Positions 59,266 to 64,000 of a stretch of DNA of 64,000 nucleotides are shown piece after piece. The DNA comes from an uncultured Verrucomicrobiota bacterium. GTDB lineage: Bacteria; Verrucomicrobiota; Verrucomicrobiia; Limisphaerales; UBA1412. The translations under genes were made by a program, and so were the position numbers. The DNA is taken from positions 26,963-90,962 of the forward strand of contig CALXMK010000008.1 in the NCBI GenBank assembly GCA_944389455.1, read 5' to 3'. Position 1 is the first letter of the stretch. The number at the start of each line of letters is the position of its first letter. The notes beneath the pieces were generated by a model. That model was not told where the DNA came from, did no database searches, and saw nothing but the letters and a program-made list of their open reading frames with translations.

Positions 59266-60991
59266 ATTGCACACTCACTTTAAAATATTCTCTATTTTAT
59301 GGCGTAAAATATTACTTCCTTTACTACCCTATGGCATCATAGGATATCTGGGAATTTTCCTTATTTACCCTGTTTGGGTCATGCTGAAAGGGGCCTTTAG
59401 CAGTGCCAATGGATTCTCTTTTGAGTATTTTACAATTCTAATCTCAAGTCCTCTGGTTCGTGAAGCCTGTTTAAACAGTCTGATTATTGCACTGGCTACA
59501 ACAATTCTTACACTCATTATTTCCTTGCCTATAGCTCACATTATGACTCGATACACTTTCCCTGGCAAAGAAATACTCAACACTCTCCTGCTAATTCCCA
59601 TGATTATGCCTCCTTTTGTTGGCGCCATAGGAATACAACAATTTTTTTCAAAATACGGTTCACTTAATTGCCTTTTGATGGAACTGGAACTATTGCCTCA
59701 CAATATGCCCATTGACTGGCTCGGCAGCGGAGGCCTCTGGGGCATTATTTTACTTCAAGCACTTCATTTATATCCTATTCTCTACCTTAATTTAACAGCA
59801 ACCATGGCTAATTTGGATCCTTCGTTCCGCGAAGCGGCTCAAAATATGGGAGCTTCCGGATGGAAAATTTTTTACGGAATCACTCTTCCTCTAATCATTC
59901 CCGGTCTCTTTGGTGGAGCTTTTATTGTATTTATCGGTTCATTAGCCGATCTTGGAACTCCTCTCATTTTTAATTATACTCGATGTATCCCAGTACAAAT
60001 CTTTGATGGCATCAGTGATATGAATACAAACCCCATCGGTTTTACTCTGGTTATTTTCATTCTATTTCTGACGTCTACTCTCTTTATAACTTCCAGAATC
60101 CTTCTACCTCATAATTTGTACGAAACCTCTTCTCGAGGCAGCCATACTGGAAACTTTGAAATTCCTGCTAAAAAAAGTCAGTATATTAAATTTCATATTA
60201 TCTTCATTCTCATTATTCTTACTGCTTCTATTCCCAATATACTCGTCTTTATTCAATCCTTCTCCAAAGAATGGTTTATGAGTACCCTCCCTGCACACTG
60301 GACTACTGAAAACTACATCTTTTTGGGAAAATATAAATTGACTCTCAGCTGTATCCGCAATAGCGTCTTCTACAGTTCTCTAAGTGGAATCCTAGATATA
60401 ATTCTCGGAATTTCCATTGCTTGGTATATCTCACGCTCTAAATCAAAATGGGGAATCTTACTGGATGCTTTGGCTATGATGCCGCTTATTTTACCCGGAC
60501 TGGTTTTAGCTTTCGGATATATGTCTGCTTTTGATCTAAATATTTCATGGCTCAATCCCAGAAATAACCCCACTCTACTCCTTATCATCAGCTATAGCGT
60601 ACGCAGACTCCCTTATATGGTGCGCGCCGCGTATGCGGGTTTCCAGCAGGCGAGTATTTCCCTGCAAGAAGCCAGCACCAATTTGGGAGCCACTCCTCTC
60701 CGAACTTTCCGAAAAATAACTCTTCCTCTTATTTCCGGACATCTTATCGGAGGATTCATATTAACATTTTGTTTTGCAATCCTAGAGGTGAGTGCCAGCC
60801 TAATTCTGGCCACCAGAGAATACTACTATCCTATCACAAAGCTAATGTGGGATCTGATATCTAGAATCGATCCTCAAGCTCCTGCCTATACCTGTGCAAT
60901 GGGCGTAATCGGAATGATACTTCTTGTTTGTAGTCTATGGATCGCATCTAAACTGCTAGGAAAGAAACTGGGGCAAGTTTTCCGGATATGA
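59255..60991 (+). CDS. ABC transporter permease with two fused BPD_transp_1 domains (FbpB/ThiP-like)
   Basis: About 12 TM segments and two EAA-like loops (FREAAQNMGAS, LQEASTNLGAT). No ATG lies upstream of the first TM segment, so the start is TTG at 59255 or 59264. Confidence 0.75.
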   Translation: MTDKLHTHFKIFSILWRKILLPLLPYGIIGYLGIFLIYPVWVMLKGAFSSANGFSFEYFTILISSPLVREACLNSLIIALATTILTLIISLPIAHIMTRYTFPGKEILNTLLLIPMIMPPFVGAIGIQQFFSKYGSLNCLLMELELLPHNMPIDWLGSGGLWGIILLQALHLYPILYLNLTATMANLDPSFREAAQNMGASGWKIFYGITLPLIIPGLFGGAFIVFIGSLADLGTPLIFNYTRCIPVQIFDGISDMNTNPIGFTLVIFILFLTSTLFITSRILLPHNLYETSSRGSHTGNFEIPAKKSQYIKFHIIFILIILTASIPNILVFIQSFSKEWFMSTLPAHWTTENYIFLGKYKLTLSCIRNSVFYSSLSGILDIILGISIAWYISRSKSKWGILLDALAMMPLILPGLVLAFGYMSAFDLNISWLNPRNNPTLLLIISYSVRRLPYMVRAAYAGFQQASISLQEASTNLGATPLRTFRKITLPLISGHLIGGFILTFCFAILEVSASLILATREYYYPITKLMWDLISRIDPQAPAYTCAMGVIGMILLVCSLWIASKLLGKKLGQVFRI

Positions 60992-62679
60992 GAAATTATC
61001 TGTATAATCTCCGGTCTAAACGATATGCTTTTGCAGCCATTTTATCAGGAATTATGCTTGGATTGGCCTTTCCCGCTCCTAGTTTTTTCCTGTTAGGATG
61101 GATTCTTCCTGGAGCTCTTTTTATTTTTTGTTCACAAAAAACATCCCTTAATTCCTCTTATCAATTTCAGACTTCTACACCATTCCAATTTGGATGGCTC
61201 TGTGGACTCAGTTTTTGGCTTTTCACTCTAAGATGGCTTCTCTGTATCCCCTTTCCTAGCGGAGCATTCATGAGCTGGATAACACTCAGCTCTTATTTAG
61301 CGCTATACTTTGCGGTTTGGTGCTGGATGATAAAAAAATACACAACTAATCTTCCATTGCTGATTAGCAGCATCTTTGCTGCATCCCTCTGGATTACCTT
61401 AGAATGGATTCGTGGCTTTCTTTTTACAGGTTTTGCCTGGAATATGCTCTACGTCTCACAACACGAAATTTCCTCTCTTATCTGGATGAGCTCTATTACT
61501 GGAGGATATGGTATTTCATTTCTAATGGTTGCACTTTCCGTCTCCTGCTGGGGAGGATTTATCAAATTTATCCGTTCCTCCTCAACTGTCAGCTACACTG
61601 TAGGCAACAACAAACCCTTTTCTCTATTTGTTACAATAATAACCTCCTGCAAAGAAGCCATTCTCTTATCTATTATTCTAATTCTCTGCATTTGTATCGG
61701 AATAAATCAAAACCAGAAAACACTCTCAAAAAATAGATCTGACAACACTTATAAAATTGCTCAAATCCAACCCAGCATCCCTCAAACATTGATTTGGGAT
61801 TCAGAGGCCAATAAAGAGCAATTTTCTCATATGATAAAAGAAACCCGCTCAATACTAAGCACTAATACAATTGATTTGCTGATATTCCCTGAAGCCGCTA
61901 TTCCAGGTTATATCCGTTACGACCATAACATTGCTCAAAAACTTCGCCAACTTGCTATAGATTTTAATACTCCTATTCTATTTTGCTCAGATGACGCAGA
62001 ACCCAACAAAAAAAATCCTTCTCAAACAGACTTTTTTAACTGTGCTTTCTTAATGGATGAAAACGGAATACTAACAGCCAGATACATTAAACGACACCTA
62101 GTTATGTTTGGTGAATACATTCCTCTCATCACATACATTCCCTTTTTACGTCATTTTTCTCCTATCAGCGGAAACTACACCGCCGGAAATGAAAACACCT
62201 CCTTCCCCTGGCCAACAAAAAAGCAGAGGAGCGCCCCCCTAATTTGTTTTGATGATTCTTTCCCAGAAGAAGTTCGGCATCATGTTCAAAACAATGTCTC
62301 AGTCTTTATTTGTCTAATTAACGCAGGCTGGTTTATGGAATCCATTGCTCACTGGCAGCATTTAGCCAATACTCGCTTTCGTAGTATTGAAAATGGCATT
62401 CCCTCTATCCGTAGCTGCAATAACGGAATCACTTGCTGGATTGATAACACCGGCAATATTCATGATATCTTCCGAGATCAAAACGGAAGTGTCTATGGAA
62501 AAGGATACCAGATTATTCAATTTACAATACCTAATTCTGCCGAAAGTGGAAAAAACACCTTTTACAACAGGCATGGGCCATGGTTTGTATATCTCTCCAT
62601 TTGTCTGATCATCTCCGTTACTGGTAACTTTTACCTTCTCAAATACCAGCAGCTGCGCCAATACCCAAGAGCAAACTAA
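60988..62679 (+). CDS. lnt: apolipoprotein N-acyltransferase
   Basis: N-terminal polytopic region plus a CN-hydrolase domain (FPEAAIPG, catalytic Cys in APLICFDDSFPE). The ATGA overlaps the permease stop. Confidence 0.85.
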   Translation: MRNYLYNLRSKRYAFAAILSGIMLGLAFPAPSFFLLGWILPGALFIFCSQKTSLNSSYQFQTSTPFQFGWLCGLSFWLFTLRWLLCIPFPSGAFMSWITLSSYLALYFAVWCWMIKKYTTNLPLLISSIFAASLWITLEWIRGFLFTGFAWNMLYVSQHEISSLIWMSSITGGYGISFLMVALSVSCWGGFIKFIRSSSTVSYTVGNNKPFSLFVTIITSCKEAILLSIILILCICIGINQNQKTLSKNRSDNTYKIAQIQPSIPQTLIWDSEANKEQFSHMIKETRSILSTNTIDLLIFPEAAIPGYIRYDHNIAQKLRQLAIDFNTPILFCSDDAEPNKKNPSQTDFFNCAFLMDENGILTARYIKRHLVMFGEYIPLITYIPFLRHFSPISGNYTAGNENTSFPWPTKKQRSAPLICFDDSFPEEVRHHVQNNVSVFICLINAGWFMESIAHWQHLANTRFRSIENGIPSIRSCNNGITCWIDNTGNIHDIFRDQNGSVYGKGYQIIQFTIPNSAESGKNTFYNRHGPWFVYLSICLIISVTGNFYLLKYQQLRQYPRAN

Positions 62680-63863
62680 CCTTGCAGACAATCTATTACT
62701 TTCTGTGCGGCTCTGCGGCAAGCTCCTTCCTCTCCTAAAGTTAAAAGCATCTTCTGCAGAGCATCCTGAGTTTTCTGATAAATTCCAGGTTGAGTCAGAA
62801 AAAGAATCGCCGCCGAACTAAGATTATCCGGATTTGCATCTTTCTGAATAAATTCAGGATAAATCTTCTTATTTCCCGCCAGGAGGTTGGGCATACCAAT
62901 ACACTTCACCTTGATGAAAAGTCTCCCCAAAAAAGCCGTCAGAAACGATGTTTTATATAAAATTACGGTAGGGACTCTAAAATAAGCGCACTCCATCGTC
63001 ACCGTTCCAGAAGATGCTATAGCCACATCCGCCCACAAAAGAGCTTCAGCCAATTTACCAATTTGAACATCAAAAGAAATGAACTTGGGTAACTTCTTCA
63101 TCTCCTTTTTAACCAACTCTATCAAATTCTCATTTGGCAAAACCATCTTAAACTTAACTCTTCCCTGTTTGGCAATCAACTGAACCGCCTCAAAAATTAC
63201 CGGTAAATGTCGTCCCAACTCCTTCTCTCTACTTCCAGGCAGCAATAGTACCTTATAAGGTTCTTCTGGAATTTTATTCTGTATTAAACTATTATAGTCT
63301 TTGTAGCGATCCTTCAAAGGATGTCCAACATATTCCACTCTCAATTCAGGCACTCTTTTGGAATACCACTCTTTTTCAAAGGGAAAAATACTCAAAATCA
63401 CATCTATATCTCTGGCAATCTGATAAACTCGACTCTCATGCCAAGCCCAAATTTGAGGAGAAATAAACTGTATAATCTTAGGTTTCCAATCTGTTACTGG
63501 ATTCTCTCTAATCTTTTTTCGAAGCGCCTTTGCAAAACGCAGATTAAACCCCGGATAATCTACAAGGATGATGACCTGAGGTCGTTTCTCAAACGATAAT
63601 TCCAGCAATTGCATAAAATGCTGTTTTAAAACCTTGAAGTGTTTTACCACTTCCCAAACCCCGACCACAGCATGTTGAGTCAGGTCCACTGACAATTGCG
63701 CTCCCGCTCGCCTGAGCGATTCACCACCCGCCCCAAAAGCAGAAACCGTCTTAAAAAGACTTTTCCCATCCGCTGCAATATCCTTCAATCCCTGTAATAA
63801 TTCTGCTGCCAAAGCATCCCCACTAGCTTCTCCAGCAATAAACATAACAGACAAATTACTCAT
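62676..63863 (-). CDS. lpxB: lipid-A-disaccharide synthase
   Basis: N-terminal FIAGEASGDALAAEL with GT19 length and architecture. Confidence 0.9.
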   Translation of the reverse strand: MSNLSVMFIAGEASGDALAAELLQGLKDIAADGKSLFKTVSAFGAGGESLRRAGAQLSVDLTQHAVVGVWEVVKHFKVLKQHFMQLLELSFEKRPQVIILVDYPGFNLRFAKALRKKIRENPVTDWKPKIIQFISPQIWAWHESRVYQIARDIDVILSIFPFEKEWYSKRVPELRVEYVGHPLKDRYKDYNSLIQNKIPEEPYKVLLLPGSREKELGRHLPVIFEAVQLIAKQGRVKFKMVLPNENLIELVKKEMKKLPKFISFDVQIGKLAEALLWADVAIASSGTVTMECAYFRVPTVILYKTSFLTAFLGRLFIKVKCIGMPNLLAGNKKIYPEFIQKDANPDNLSSAAILFLTQPGIYQKTQDALQKMLLTLGEEGACRRAAQKVIDCLQG

Positions 63864-64000
63864 GAAATCTTGATTCCCTTCATCTTCTCCATGATTTGAT
63901 GAGTGATCTCAAATGCCAAATCCAAAGCCTTGCAAGCAGACTCCCCGCTAACTACTGGCGCATGATGAATCTTTACACACTCAATAAAACTCTGCAATTC
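63860..64000 (-). CDS. C-terminal 46 aa of an upstream gene; Gfo/Idh/MocA-like C-terminus, 5' end outside the window
   Basis: An open frame from the window edge translates to ELQSFIECVKIHHAPVVSGESACKALDLAFEITHQIMEKMKGIKIS. Its TGA overlaps the lpxB ATG (ATGA). Confidence 0.4.
   Translation of the reverse strand, partial: ELQSFIECVKIHHAPVVSGESACKALDLAFEITHQIMEKMKGIKIS

Noticed and set aside
1-64000. Scanned for CRISPR arrays, IS elements or transposases, integrases, tRNA/rRNA genes and toxin-antitoxin or defence-island hallmarks.
   Set aside because: No repeat-spacer periodicity was seen. No ORF has transposase, integrase or nuclease-NTPase defence signatures. Every intergenic gap other than 21050-21855 is under 300 bp, and none showed a tRNA-like cloverleaf by eye. 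tRNAscan and Rfam were not run.

Overview
This is a dense, mostly housekeeping chromosomal window with about 50 CDS. Many neighbouring genes overlap by 1 to 4 nt. By eye it is low in G+C and has little Shine-Dalgarno signal. The gene content suggests a PVC-type (Verrucomicrobiota-like) glycan-degrading bacterium: Tat-exported Gfo/Idh/MocA enzymes, a GH78 enzyme, a giant secreted subtilase carrying a TSP3-type motif, and an MreBCD-PBP2-RodA cluster. That taxonomic call is inference only.

Functional blocks:
- Cofactor, heme and purine metabolism: hemL, nadE, hemH, purA, purD, apt, thiL, folC.
- Envelope: uppS, an O-antigen-ligase-like gene, a PAP2::GT39 fusion, lnt, lpxB, an aas-like gene, and mreBCD-mrdA-rodA.
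- Information processing: holB, tsaE, lepA, a sigma-70 factor, rho, ileS, an RNase E/G gene, soj, comEC.
- Anaerobic-type energy metabolism: korDAB(G) and ETF-QO.

I did not recognise any rRNA, tRNA, CRISPR array, integrase/transposase or prophage gene. I also see no convincing multi-gene defence or otherwise novel system.

The parts worth a second look are individual oddities:
- a 1.7-kaa multidomain S8 protease;
- an AT-rich 0.8-kb gap with an orphan SHOCT-like micro-ORF;
- a PAP2::ArnT-like fusion;
- a YwlE-type (Thr P-loop) phosphatase followed by an RpiB::SHMT fusion;
- an S41 homologue that has lost its catalytic dyad;
- disordered N-terminal extensions on Rho and RNase E/G;
- an orphan Soj at the end of the elongasome string;
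- an orphan ABC permease coupled to lnt.

All functional calls rest on motifs read by eye from the supplied translations. No database search was run.
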